Assembly: GCA_002414865.1 (NCBI GenBank)
Contig: DIAQ01000108.1
Span: forward strand, 471-60,993
Reading direction: 5' to 3'
Length of the DNA stretch: 60,523 nt
From: a candidate division Hyd24-12 bacterium UBA5074
GTDB lineage: Bacteria > Fermentibacterota > Fermentibacteria > Fermentibacterales > Fermentibacteraceae
In this document: positions 46,085 through 55,555 of the stretch, one piece after another
How positions within the stretch are numbered: the stretch's first letter is position 1
How the letters are laid out: each line of letters begins with the position of its first letter
Translations under genes and position numbers: made by a program
Notes under the pieces: model-generated
What the model saw: only the letters and a program-made list of their open reading frames with translations
What the model was told of the DNA's origin: nothing
Databases searched by the model: none

Positions 46085-46892
46085 AGCTGCAATCGACCGC
46101 CGCCTCTGCACCAGGTGCGGATTGTGCGGCAGGATGTGTCCGTCAGGATGCATTTCGAGCTCCGGAGACGGATCTCCGGCGTTCGACTCCGGGCGGTGCA
46201 TCGGGTGCGGCCACTGCGCTGCGGCCTGCCCGGCAGGCGCCTTCTCGACAGGTGCCGCGGGAGGACCTGCCTGCGATCCCGCAGCCTTCCTGGAGCTGTG
46301 CAGGGCGCGGAGGTCGCTGAGGCTCTTCACAGACGATCCCGTGGATGACGACGAGCTCGCCCGCCTGCTGCAGGTGGTCGGGTTCTCGCCCACGGGAGTC
46401 AACGCGTGCGGCCTGAGGGTGATCGCAGTCCGGGGAGGGGAGGTCGAGGATCTCCTCGCGGGCCCCCTGAGGAAGCTGATGAAGGCGCTCTGGGTCTCCG
46501 GACCTCTGAAGGCCGCCGCCGCCCTGGCCCGTATGCGTGCGGGGACGGAGGACTTCCTGCGCGGCGGTGACCCGGTCTACAGGAGGGCGCCGCTGGTGCT
46601 CCTCTTCATGGCCCCGCGCCGCAATCCGACTTGGAGGGCCGACGGGATCATCGCAGCGTCCCTGGTGATGCTGAACGCACAGGCCATGGGGCTGGCCTGC
46701 TTCTGGAACGGGATTGCGGAATTCGCCTTCCGCCTGGTGGGAAGGAGGCGCCTTCCGGGCGCGCGGGGCTTCCGCCTGACCGCGGTGCTCTGCATCGGGC
46801 ACCCTGCCGTCGCCACGAGGCCTCTTCCTCCACGCGACTGGAGTCTCACCGACGGATCGGGGAAGCCCCTGGCCGCGCATCGGGGCGGCTGA
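46068..46892 (+). CDS. Nitroreductase family protein with N-terminal 2x[4Fe-4S] domain
   Basis: CTRCGLCGRMCP, CIGCGHCAAACP, RRSLRLF, SPTGVN, AQAMGLACFW; TTG start inferred. Confidence 0.88.
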   Translation: MRFSPEAAIDRRLCTRCGLCGRMCPSGCISSSGDGSPAFDSGRCIGCGHCAAACPAGAFSTGAAGGPACDPAAFLELCRARRSLRLFTDDPVDDDELARLLQVVGFSPTGVNACGLRVIAVRGGEVEDLLAGPLRKLMKALWVSGPLKAAAALARMRAGTEDFLRGGDPVYRRAPLVLLFMAPRRNPTWRADGIIAASLVMLNAQAMGLACFWNGIAEFAFRLVGRRRLPGARGFRLTAVLCIGHPAVATRPLPPRDWSLTDGSGKPLAAHRGG

Positions 46893-46897
46893 CGGCT

Positions 46898-47842
46898 TCA
46901 GTCTCTGCGCAGGGGGGAGAGGGCGCAGGGGAGGTACGGCAGGGGATCGTGGAGAGAAGTCCTCGCCGCTCCCCGGCCGATGAAACCCCTGTGCTGGAAC
47001 AATCTCTGCATCGAGTACAGCCCCATGTCCACCCTGCTGATCCTCAGCCTCCCGGACTGCCCTTCAAGAGAGGACAGCGAAGCCAGCGCGCCGTCGACCA
47101 GGAAGCCCATCTCGACTACTGGAGCACCTTCCAGATCCATGGAGAGCAGCCTCTCCTCGTACTCTCCTCCCTCGGGGAGCCTGCCGCCCGGCCAGGAGAC
47201 GGAAGTGACTCCCGAGGTCCTCAATCCGATGAAGCCCCTGAGCTTGTCCAATGGAGCAGTCAGGGCGGATTCCCAGCCTTCTGGCGGAAGCGAGACGAGG
47301 CTCGAGTGGCGAAGGGTATGGTTGCCGATGACGTATCCGTTGTCCAGCAGGAAATTGAGTTTTTCGGCCAGGAGCCCTGCCTGCCCGAACGGCGTCTTGT
47401 CCCAGGAGATGAAGAAGACGGCCCCGCGCCCGAAGTCTGGATTCGCTTCGCAGAAGCTCTCCAGGACTCCGACGGCGCAGTCGGGATCGAGGCGCGAGGA
47501 GCCGTCGCCCTGGACTTCGAGGTTGTACTGGTCCTGCCAGCCGTCGTCGAAGGTGATCATCACCGGGGACCTGTCCAGGGGGACCTGCAGGAGGCCGTTC
47601 TCCAGATCCTCGGGGGTGACGAGGAAGAAGCCGGCGTCGTAGAGGGCCTGCAAATCGCATCTCAGCCTGTACGGCGTAACGGAGAGCCCCCTGCCGGAAT
47701 CCACGCCGTGGTAGCAGAGGACCGGGAAGCAGGACTGCCCGACCGGCGCAGGCGAGCACGCGGTCGAGGTGTCCGGCGGGGCGACCGTGTATGCCCCGGG
47801 CTCGACCGCCGAGAGAACCGCCGAGACGAGGACGGGGATCAA
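46898..47842 (-). CDS. Polysaccharide deacetylase (CE4) family exported protein
   Basis: PVLCYH, ITFDDG, IGNHTLRH, SWPGG; TTG start overlaps the upstream TGA (TTGA). Confidence 0.82.
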   Translation of the reverse strand: MIPVLVSAVLSAVEPGAYTVAPPDTSTACSPAPVGQSCFPVLCYHGVDSGRGLSVTPYRLRCDLQALYDAGFFLVTPEDLENGLLQVPLDRSPVMITFDDGWQDQYNLEVQGDGSSRLDPDCAVGVLESFCEANPDFGRGAVFFISWDKTPFGQAGLLAEKLNFLLDNGYVIGNHTLRHSSLVSLPPEGWESALTAPLDKLRGFIGLRTSGVTSVSWPGGRLPEGGEYEERLLSMDLEGAPVVEMGFLVDGALASLSSLEGQSGRLRISRVDMGLYSMQRLFQHRGFIGRGAARTSLHDPLPYLPCALSPLRRD

Positions 47843-48531
47843 TCCAGCGGCACCACCGAGAACCGGTCGAGCGCGGCCCAGGTGTATCCATCCACGAATA
47901 CGCCGACCTGTCCCAGCACGGGGAGCGCAGCCTTCACGACCTGGATCAGCTGGCCGTTGACCAGCAGGTCGACGTAACAGCCATGGACTTCGGCGGTGAG
48001 GGAGATCCGCCCCGGGTCCCAGGGGAGCAGGCGGCTGGATTCGAAGGATTCCAGCCCCATCACCGGCGCCCACAGGCCTCCGATGCACTGCTGGATCGTG
48101 TACTGCCCCCTGGAGTTCACTCCGGCCAGCAGGAAGTCGGCGTTGTCGTCGGCCCTCAGGACCAGGCCGACAACGCAGTGTGAAGCGGCCTCGCGGAGCT
48201 CGAAGTCGGCCGAGACGGTGCCGTCCTCCTGGAGCCCCGCGACGGAGAGCAGGACGAGGGGATCGGAGAGGTGCGAGTTGTCGATCTGGAGAGCTCCGGA
48301 GTAGATCTCGAAGGGGCAGTTGTCGCCGAACGGCCGCTCGACTACGTTATCGAATGTGGAATTGACGAGGGTGTCTGTGACGGCGGCAGTCTGCAACGCA
48401 ATGCCCGCATGCTGCTCGGGGGGGTGCTGGGAAGTGCCGATGAGGGGGCCTTCGAAGAACCCGCTGGTCCTCGTCCGGCCGCAGGCCGTGGCCAGGATCG
48501 CAACCAGGATGGCGGCGAGAACTCTGTGCAT
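47839..48531 (-). CDS. Lipoprotein with concanavalin/DUF1080-like beta-sandwich domain
   Basis: Lipobox ATAC; VGLVLRA, ISLTAEVHG...LLVNGQ, GQVGVFV. Confidence 0.68.
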   Translation of the reverse strand: MHRVLAAILVAILATACGRTRTSGFFEGPLIGTSQHPPEQHAGIALQTAAVTDTLVNSTFDNVVERPFGDNCPFEIYSGALQIDNSHLSDPLVLLSVAGLQEDGTVSADFELREAASHCVVGLVLRADDNADFLLAGVNSRGQYTIQQCIGGLWAPVMGLESFESSRLLPWDPGRISLTAEVHGCYVDLLVNGQLIQVVKAALPVLGQVGVFVDGYTWAALDRFSVVPLD

Positions 48532-48576
48532 CGAATGACTCCGCGCGCCGGAACGCCGTTTTTGACAGCCGAAGCT

Positions 48577-49410
48577 ATGGCCGGGCTCGTTCTCTGTCCA
48601 GCCCTCGCAGTGCTCGCCGCGTGCGGCGGGAGGGGAGGCGAGAGCATGCCGCCGCCGGTGGCCCGACAGGATCCCTCGGTGCACGAGGTTTCGGAGGCCC
48701 CCTTCTACGAGGCAAGGCTCGCCGGCCTGGACACCATCTCGGTGCAGGTGCCCGGCAGGGGGCCCCTCGGGATCGTCTCCAGGGGCGTGGAACCGGGTGA
48801 CGAGGTCGAAAGGGACGATACGCTCGCAGTCCTGGTCGACTCGCTGACTCTGATCGATCTCGAACGGCTGCGACTCAGGATCGCGTTCGCCGAGGCCGAG
48901 GCGTCGGCGGATCCCGCTGACGGAGGTTCGTCGCTGTCGGAGCTTCTCGCACAGGAGGAGAGCCTCGAGAGGACCTCGAACATCGCCTTCCTGTCCCCGG
49001 CCGGCGGCACGGTCGTCTCCGCGCCTCCTGCGCCGGGCGCGCGGATCATGCCCGGATCGATGCTCGTCAGGATAGCCATGCGGCCCGAGAGCCTGTTCGT
49101 CCTTGCAGTTCCAGCCGGTTTCGGAGCCCTTTCCTGGCCCGGGGAGATCGACGGGGCCGCGCTGGTGGAGTCCTTCGGCGACAGTGCCCTATATTCGGGG
49201 ACGCCGCGGGAGGGCCGGCTGGCATGCATCGGCGCCGTCTCGATCCCCAGGCAGGCCGTCCACGAAACGGGGCTGGGGTCGTTCGTATCCTCCGAGGGGG
49301 GCGACTCCATTGCGGTCACCAGGCTCATGACGGACGGGACCGTGGTCGTGGTCGTCCCGGAAAGGCCCATCCAGGGCAGGGTCCTGGGCTGGGCGGAGGA
49401 GGGGATGTGA
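48577..49410 (+). CDS. Periplasmic adaptor (MFP/HlyD-like) lipoprotein
   Basis: Lipobox LAAC; barrel-sandwich halves VEPGDEVERDDTLAVL and FLSPAGGTV...PGARI flanking a coiled coil; start 48577 or 48535. Confidence 0.6.
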   Translation: MAGLVLCPALAVLAACGGRGGESMPPPVARQDPSVHEVSEAPFYEARLAGLDTISVQVPGRGPLGIVSRGVEPGDEVERDDTLAVLVDSLTLIDLERLRLRIAFAEAEASADPADGGSSLSELLAQEESLERTSNIAFLSPAGGTVVSAPPAPGARIMPGSMLVRIAMRPESLFVLAVPAGFGALSWPGEIDGAALVESFGDSALYSGTPREGRLACIGAVSIPRQAVHETGLGSFVSSEGGDSIAVTRLMTDGTVVVVVPERPIQGRVLGWAEEGM

Positions 49411-50654
49411 AGGGCTCCGGATCGTCAATACTGTTCACCTCGTCGTTCGAGCCGCCGTCCCTGCCCTCCCCGGTGCGGGACCTCTTCTCCTCCTGGAGGA
49501 GTGCGGGAAGGCTCGGCTTCCTCGACCTGCCGGGCGACGACGGTCTGCTGGACCTATCGCTCGCGGCTGCGGAACGGCTCGACTGCTTCCCCGGCACCGT
49601 GATCGTCGACGGCATCGGCGGTTCCGCCCTGGGTCTCCGGGCGCTGCTGTCCGCCTGCCCTCCGCGCAACGGGCGCAGGGTCGAGATCGTCGATTCCCCC
49701 GACCCCGAAAGGGTCCGCGGCATCATGTCCGGAGCCGATCCGGACACCAGCATCCTTGTCGTCATCACGAAATCCGGATCCACTGCGGAAACGCTCGCAG
49801 TCTTCCTCGAGATCTGGCCGTGGCTCTCCGGGGCCGGCGGGCAGGTCGTGGCCATCACGGACCCGGTTTCCGGGGATCTCAGGAAACTCGCCTCCGACAG
49901 GGGCTGGCCATCGCTCCCGGTGCCCCCGGGCGTCGGTGGGAGATACAGCGTCCTGTCCCCCGTGGGCGTCTTCCCGGCCGCCCTGGCAGGCCTCGACGTG
50001 CGCGCACTGCTGGAGGGTGCCGGAGATGTGCTGGCGGACTACGACAGCAACGGAGCATCCAGCCTCGCAGCCCGCATGGCGGCCGCATTCCTCTCCGGGT
50101 TCTCCCCCAGGCCGCTCCACGTCTTCTTCGCCTACTCCGACGCGCTGTACGACTCGGCGCTCTGGTTCTCCCAGCTCTGGGCCGAGAGCCTCGGCAAACG
50201 GAGGGACCTCGCCGGAGCGGATGTATTCAGGGGGCAGACCCCTCTCGCATGCAGGGGACCAGCCGATCAGCACTCGCTCGTCCAGCTGTTCATGGAAGGC
50301 CCTCCCGACAAGTTCTTCACCTTCGTCACCACGGACTCGCGGTCAGAGGCCCTGCCGGGAGGCTTCGGAGAGTATCCTTCGCTCGCATGGCTCGAAGGCA
50401 GGACGCTGGGCGAGCTCAGACAGGCAGAAGCCACGGCGACCGCCGCCGCGCTCGAGGAGAGGGGCGCTCCGGTCGCACGCATCCATATCCCCGGGGGGCT
50501 GTCGGAGCGGGCCATGGGGGCGCTCTTCATGAGCCTCGAGATGGCCACCGTCCTCACGGGTCTCGCACTGGGCATAGATCCGCTCGACCAGCCGGGGGTC
50601 GAGCGAGGCAAGCAGCTGACGTTCAAGGCGATGGGCAGGCCCGGTTACAGGTGA
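49407..50654 (+). CDS. pgi: Glucose-6-phosphate isomerase
   Basis: GIGGSALG, ITKSGSTAET, ITDP, GGRYSVLS, QLWAESLGK, DQHS, DQPGVERGK. Confidence 0.94.
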   Translation: MKGSGSSILFTSSFEPPSLPSPVRDLFSSWRSAGRLGFLDLPGDDGLLDLSLAAAERLDCFPGTVIVDGIGGSALGLRALLSACPPRNGRRVEIVDSPDPERVRGIMSGADPDTSILVVITKSGSTAETLAVFLEIWPWLSGAGGQVVAITDPVSGDLRKLASDRGWPSLPVPPGVGGRYSVLSPVGVFPAALAGLDVRALLEGAGDVLADYDSNGASSLAARMAAAFLSGFSPRPLHVFFAYSDALYDSALWFSQLWAESLGKRRDLAGADVFRGQTPLACRGPADQHSLVQLFMEGPPDKFFTFVTTDSRSEALPGGFGEYPSLAWLEGRTLGELRQAEATATAAALEERGAPVARIHIPGGLSERAMGALFMSLEMATVLTGLALGIDPLDQPGVERGKQLTFKAMGRPGYR

Positions 50655-51880
50655 CGGAGATCCTCCTCCTCTCGCTGCTGGGCTCGTGGGCCTTCCAGCC
50701 TTCGGCCCAGGACCTTCTGGAGACCGGGCTGATGACGTGGATCTCCGAGATCCCCCGAATGGCCCCGATGCTCGACCTCCGCGACGGCGAGCCGATGCTC
50801 CTCGGCCGGTCATCACCCGCACCGCCCTGGGGGTCGTTCAGAGGTGCGGAACTGCGCACGCCGGTCGAGGCGGGCGTCTGGGGCGGGGGCTCCTGGACGG
50901 CGGAATACGAGTCTCCGGCCATACCGGAGAGCTCGTTCGCCAGCACGGCAGGGCTCCTGGAGAACACCCGCAGCAGGAACAGATACTCGGGCGCTCTCGT
51001 GCGCCCGCTCCCGGCATCGTTCGGCCTGATCGCGGTGCTGGCCCGGGAAGACACTCTGGCGCGCCAGCAGGTGCAGCTCCGCAGAGGGCCGCTGGACATC
51101 ACCGGCTCCTTCTGGCAGGAGTCCGCCGACGGTCTGTCCTCATGGCTTCGCTTCCGCTCCGGGGCCTTCAAGGCGAGGGGCGGCCTGGCGTCGTCCAGGG
51201 CGGGCGAGGATCTCTGGCAGGGGCTGGTCTCCGCTGCCGTCTCGCCAGGGGCATTCGCTTTCGAGGCAGCGGCGGGCGCAAGCGTCGAGGACTCCCTGGA
51301 ATGGGCGGAGGCGCATTCCAGGTTCAGCTGGAGGGGACCGTTCGAGGCGGTCTGCAGGCTCGATGCCTCGCTTGACGGATCAGACGATCCCGAGGGCGGC
51401 TGGAGCGCGGGCGTGAACCTGGGGACGCAACCGGGCGCGGGGTTCTCCGCCGGCGCGGCCGCCCCCCCGGGAGAGAGGCCCGAGGCCTTCCTGGCCGCCT
51501 GGTATTCGTCGACAGGCATCGAGGTGATCAGGAGGCACTCCGGATTCGTCTTCGGAGGCCATGCCGGGCTGCCGGCCGACATAACGATCTCGGGTGCCCT
51601 CCTGGAGGACACGCTCAGAACTGCCGTTTCCGCGATGCCCGGCATCCGTTACGGCGCCGCCGGCCTGATATGCGCCGGAGGCAGGTTCGCCTGGTCCGGC
51701 GTCGACGAAGGCGAAGACCTCACCGAGCTCGACCTGATGCTGACGTTCTCCATAGAGAGATTCTCCCTGGTCGCCTCGGCCGAGGACGTGACCGACGATT
51801 TCGAGCGACAGTATTCCTACGGGCTGGTCTGGTCCTTCCAGGACAGCCCCGCCGTCCCGCAGGCGGGGAGGGGGAGATGA
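50651..51880 (+). CDS. Hypothetical exported protein, possible outer-membrane beta-barrel
   Basis: GTG overlaps the pgi TGA; hydrophobic N-terminus; many alternating amphipathic strands ending YSYGLVWSF. Confidence 0.55.
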   Translation: MTEILLLSLLGSWAFQPSAQDLLETGLMTWISEIPRMAPMLDLRDGEPMLLGRSSPAPPWGSFRGAELRTPVEAGVWGGGSWTAEYESPAIPESSFASTAGLLENTRSRNRYSGALVRPLPASFGLIAVLAREDTLARQQVQLRRGPLDITGSFWQESADGLSSWLRFRSGAFKARGGLASSRAGEDLWQGLVSAAVSPGAFAFEAAAGASVEDSLEWAEAHSRFSWRGPFEAVCRLDASLDGSDDPEGGWSAGVNLGTQPGAGFSAGAAAPPGERPEAFLAAWYSSTGIEVIRRHSGFVFGGHAGLPADITISGALLEDTLRTAVSAMPGIRYGAAGLICAGGRFAWSGVDEGEDLTELDLMLTFSIERFSLVASAEDVTDDFERQYSYGLVWSFQDSPAVPQAGRGR

Positions 51881-52512
51881 GCATGAGGATAGCCGTCTTC
51901 GCATCGGGGAGGGGCAGCAATTTCGAGGCCCTGGCCTCGGCCGATCTGTCCGGGTCGGAGATATCGCTGCTCTGCAGCGATGTGGAGGACACCCCGGCGA
52001 GGAATACGGCGAGGAGGCTCGGGATACGCTCCGAGTACATCTTCCCGGGGCCCAGGCGCACCGTCTTCAGCGCAGAGGCGGAAGCCGCGTGGTGCGCGCT
52101 GCTCGAGTGCGAGGGGATCGAGCTCGTCTGTCTCGCCGGTCTGATGCGCATGCTGCGGAACGGCATCCTGGATAAGTACGCGGGGCGGATACTCAACGTG
52201 CACCCTTCCCTGCTGCCGGCGTTCCCGGGGCTGGATGCCCAGGGCCAGGCCCTTCGCTATGGGGCGAAGGTTTCCGGGTGCACCGTTCACTATGTAGATG
52301 CAGGAATGGATTCAGGCCCAATAATTATGCAGGCTCCTGTCATAATCAATGATTGGGACACTGTTGAAACATTGTCCGGGCGGATATTGGAGCAGGAGCA
52401 TCGCATCTATCCGGAATCGGTCAGGCTGCACTGCTCCGGACGCCTCCTGGTGGAGGGGCGCCGTGTCTCGACCATCCCGGCGGACCCGGGGGCTCGGAGC
52501 CCTTCACCATAG
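51877..52512 (+). CDS. purN: Phosphoribosylglycinamide formyltransferase
   Basis: IAVFASGRGSNF, LAGLMR, LNVHPSLLPAFPG, GCTVHYVD, DSGPII, EHRIYP. Confidence 0.96.
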   Translation: MSMRIAVFASGRGSNFEALASADLSGSEISLLCSDVEDTPARNTARRLGIRSEYIFPGPRRTVFSAEAEAAWCALLECEGIELVCLAGLMRMLRNGILDKYAGRILNVHPSLLPAFPGLDAQGQALRYGAKVSGCTVHYVDAGMDSGPIIMQAPVIINDWDTVETLSGRILEQEHRIYPESVRLHCSGRLLVEGRRVSTIPADPGARSPSP

Positions 52513-52563
52513 GGGCCTTTTCCTGCGATATTCCATGACGCATCTGTCGAAGGGGATGGGTAG

Positions 52564-53487
52564 GTGACATACGCGACACTGCTCTGGATGATGGTCTTCT
52601 CCACGTCAGGCGATCCGTCGCCAGCGTGTGCCGCGGTCTCCATCTCGCTGGACGGCAACCTGCTCCCCGGGGCCAGGATGAGCTTCACGGCCATGCCGGG
52701 CGACCAGGTCGAGCTGTCCTCCGACGGCTCGGTCTCGTGGCGCTTCTCGGCGGGGGAGCCGCGCGAATACTCGGGAAACAGGCTGGTATGGACCGCCCCC
52801 AGGAGCCACGGCGTCTTCAGCCTTTCGGTCCAGGGCGATTCGGCCTCGCAGTCCTTCACCATCATCGTCCCTGTCGAGAGCTGCAGGTGGAGGACCGAGA
52901 GCCTGAATTCATTCCCCATCGGCAGTTATGGAGGAGACCGTTCCAGCATCCCATCCTGCTTCGTGGAGCTGACCCAGTCCTCCATGGGCGCCAGGCTCTC
53001 CTCCCACTTCACCCTGGGCGAGTTCCTCGGACACGTCGAGGGGGACTTCCCGCAGTACCTCGCGCTCGACCTCGAGCTGGTGGACAAGCTCGAGGCGGTC
53101 ATCGGCGAGGTGGAGGAGTGCTATCCGGAGCACGTCGATATCAATGTGATGAGCGGATTCCGAACTCCGGCATACAACAGGGAGATCGGAAACGAGACCG
53201 ATTTCAGCATGCACCTCTACGGGAAGGCGGCCGATGTCTGGATCGAGAGCTTCCCGCCCAACAACCTCATGGACGACATCGACCGCAACAAGAGGGTGGA
53301 CGTCTGCGACGGAGAGTTCCTCGTCGACCTCGTGAGAAGGCTCGAAGTCTCGGGCGGAGTTTGCGTCGGGGGCGCCTCGGCGTACAGGTGGACATCGCAG
53401 CATGGGCCCTTCGTGCACATCGACGTCAGGGGGAGACCGGCCTGCTGGGAAACCCAGAGGAACCTGGTCCCGGACCCCGTCATCTAG
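52564..53487 (+). CDS. Peptidase M15A (D-Ala-D-Ala metallopeptidase/YcbK-like) with N-terminal beta domain
   Basis: SHFTLGEF, VMSGFRTPAYN, SMHLYGKAAD, FVHIDVRG; GTG start. Confidence 0.85.
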   Translation: MTYATLLWMMVFSTSGDPSPACAAVSISLDGNLLPGARMSFTAMPGDQVELSSDGSVSWRFSAGEPREYSGNRLVWTAPRSHGVFSLSVQGDSASQSFTIIVPVESCRWRTESLNSFPIGSYGGDRSSIPSCFVELTQSSMGARLSSHFTLGEFLGHVEGDFPQYLALDLELVDKLEAVIGEVEECYPEHVDINVMSGFRTPAYNREIGNETDFSMHLYGKAADVWIESFPPNNLMDDIDRNKRVDVCDGEFLVDLVRRLEVSGGVCVGGASAYRWTSQHGPFVHIDVRGRPACWETQRNLVPDPVI

Positions 53488-53499
53488 GGAGCCGCAGTC

Positions 53500-54279
53500 T
53501 TGGAGAGACAGAGAATTCAGACGATCATGCTGCTGGCCTGTCTGGCCGGCAGCCTTGCCGCATGCATCGACCTGGGACGGCGCCTGGGTTCCGAGAGGGA
53601 GGAGCTGCGGGCGCGCATGACCCTCGCCGACGCAGCCATAGCCAGATGCGACACTCTTGCCGCGGCCAACGGCGCGCTCGTCGCGCAGGTCGACTCCCTG
53701 CGCATCTACAGGGAGGAGGCCCTCTCCGCCAGGTACAGGGCCGAGGCCGACAGCATGGCGGTCTCGTATCCGGACTACTACCTCGTGATCGATACCGGCC
53801 AGAACAGGTTCCAGCTCCGCAGGGGCGATCTGCTGGTCCGGTCCGGCTACTGCGGGACCGGGAAAGGCTGGACAGCCAACGATCTGGGGAACGCATGGGA
53901 TTTCAGCACGCCGAGAGGGCTGCGGAGCGTCCAGGGGACCGGCGAGAACCCCTACTGGTACAGGCCGGAGTGGTACTGGCTGGAGCAGAACATGCGCCCC
54001 CCGACGCCCGAGCAGCTCGTCGTGATACCTGAGAGCCTGAGCTACACCGAGCAGATCACCTACTACAACGATTCCCTCACGGCTTCCGAGCGGGTCTACG
54101 TCGCCCGCGTCCCAGGCGTTCTCGGCAGCTACAAGATCGATCTCGGGGGAGGTGTTCTCCTCCATTACGGCACCGGCAGGGGGAGCAACGTGAGCCACGG
54201 GTGCATCAGACTGAGCTCCGCCGACCTGGAAGCCCTCTTCAGGACGCTTCCCGTCGGCGCCCCGGTGCTGATCTACTGA
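53500..54279 (+). CDS. L,D-transpeptidase (YkuD) family lipoprotein
   Basis: Lipobox LAAC; coiled coil; STPRG, SHGCIRL; start TTG 53500 or ATG 53527. Confidence 0.87.
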   Translation: MERQRIQTIMLLACLAGSLAACIDLGRRLGSEREELRARMTLADAAIARCDTLAAANGALVAQVDSLRIYREEALSARYRAEADSMAVSYPDYYLVIDTGQNRFQLRRGDLLVRSGYCGTGKGWTANDLGNAWDFSTPRGLRSVQGTGENPYWYRPEWYWLEQNMRPPTPEQLVVIPESLSYTEQITYYNDSLTASERVYVARVPGVLGSYKIDLGGGVLLHYGTGRGSNVSHGCIRLSSADLEALFRTLPVGAPVLIY

Positions 54280-54289
54280 AGGCGGCGAA

Positions 54290-55555
54290 GTGACCGGAGA
54301 AGTGATCCAGGGAGCCGTCGGGCGGATCGGGCGTCACAGGACGGCGCTGGCGGCCGGAGGCATCCTCGCCTTCGCCGCTCTCGCCGTCATCGCCTCGATC
54401 CTCCTCCACAGGGAGGGCCGGGGGGATTCCGGAGCGACCCGGACGACTGGGACGGTCACCGTACCGGCGATATCGGAGGAGAGCATCGCACCCCTGTCCT
54501 TCCTGTGGCTCCAGCCCAGGAATTCCCCTGCGGGGCGCGGGGTGTGGGGACCCGACATATCAGCCCCGTTCGACACTCTGTGGGCCGTCTCCACGGACCT
54601 GGAGTTCTTCGCCGCGCCCGCGTACTCCGAGGGTGTGCTCTACTTCGGCGGCAACGACGGCAGGTTCAGGGCCGTCGACGCGGAATCGGGCAGGGAGCTG
54701 TGGGGCCGTGCCACCGCCTGCGGGCTGAGCTCTGAAGCCGCACTCGACTCGACCAGGGTCTACTTCGGCGGGCAGGACGGCTATCTGTATGCGCTCGAGC
54801 GCGGCAGCGGTTCGCTCGCCTGGTCGGCGGGACTCGGTTATTCGCTGTTCGCCGGAGTTGGGATCCTGGACGATTCGCTCGTGGTCACGGGCAACTCCGA
54901 GGGTTCCGTCGCGGCCCTGGGGGCGGCCGACGGGGAGGTCGTCTGGCACGACAGCCCGGGAGGCGTGATCCTGGGACCCGCCATCTCCGACACCACGGTC
55001 GTCTTCACGACGGAGAGCGGCGTCGTCTGCGCCTATGGCATCTCCGGCCGCCGTCTCTGGATGCGCGACTTCCAGGGCACCGCCTCCCCCCCATCGATCG
55101 CCTCGGGAGCAGTGTTCGCGGGGTTCTCCGACGGGGTGGTGCGGCGGCTCGACCTCGCGGACGGCTCGATCGCATGGGAGAGGGACCTGGCGCCGACCCC
55201 CGGGCGTGTCTCCATGTCCAGGCCCGTGCCGGCAGGCGACCTGCTGCTGGCGGGGACCTGCGACTCGCGCGTCGTGTGCCTCTCTGCAGATGACGGTTCG
55301 ACGGTCTGGGAGGTCTCCCTGGAGAACTGGGTGCAGGTTCCCCCTGCTGTCGGCGACTCGACGGTGTATGTGTCCTGTGACGACCAGCGCTTCCATGTGC
55401 TAGACCTCCATGGCGGAACGGAGCTCTGCGTGCTGGAGATGGGCGGTTATTCAGGATCCGCGCCCCTCGTGGTCAACGGGGTGGTCTACATCGGCACGGC
55501 CGCTGGCGACTTCTTCGCCTATCGAGGAACGCCGCGCCCCCGGGAGAACAGGTGA
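54290..55555 (+). CDS. PQQ-like (BamB-like) beta-propeller protein with N-terminal membrane anchor
   Basis: About 8 repeats of the VYFGGxDGxLYAL...G...W type; no lipobox Cys seen. Confidence 0.85.
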   Translation: MTGEVIQGAVGRIGRHRTALAAGGILAFAALAVIASILLHREGRGDSGATRTTGTVTVPAISEESIAPLSFLWLQPRNSPAGRGVWGPDISAPFDTLWAVSTDLEFFAAPAYSEGVLYFGGNDGRFRAVDAESGRELWGRATACGLSSEAALDSTRVYFGGQDGYLYALERGSGSLAWSAGLGYSLFAGVGILDDSLVVTGNSEGSVAALGAADGEVVWHDSPGGVILGPAISDTTVVFTTESGVVCAYGISGRRLWMRDFQGTASPPSIASGAVFAGFSDGVVRRLDLADGSIAWERDLAPTPGRVSMSRPVPAGDLLLAGTCDSRVVCLSADDGSTVWEVSLENWVQVPPAVGDSTVYVSCDDQRFHVLDLHGGTELCVLEMGGYSGSAPLVVNGVVYIGTAAGDFFAYRGTPRPRENR

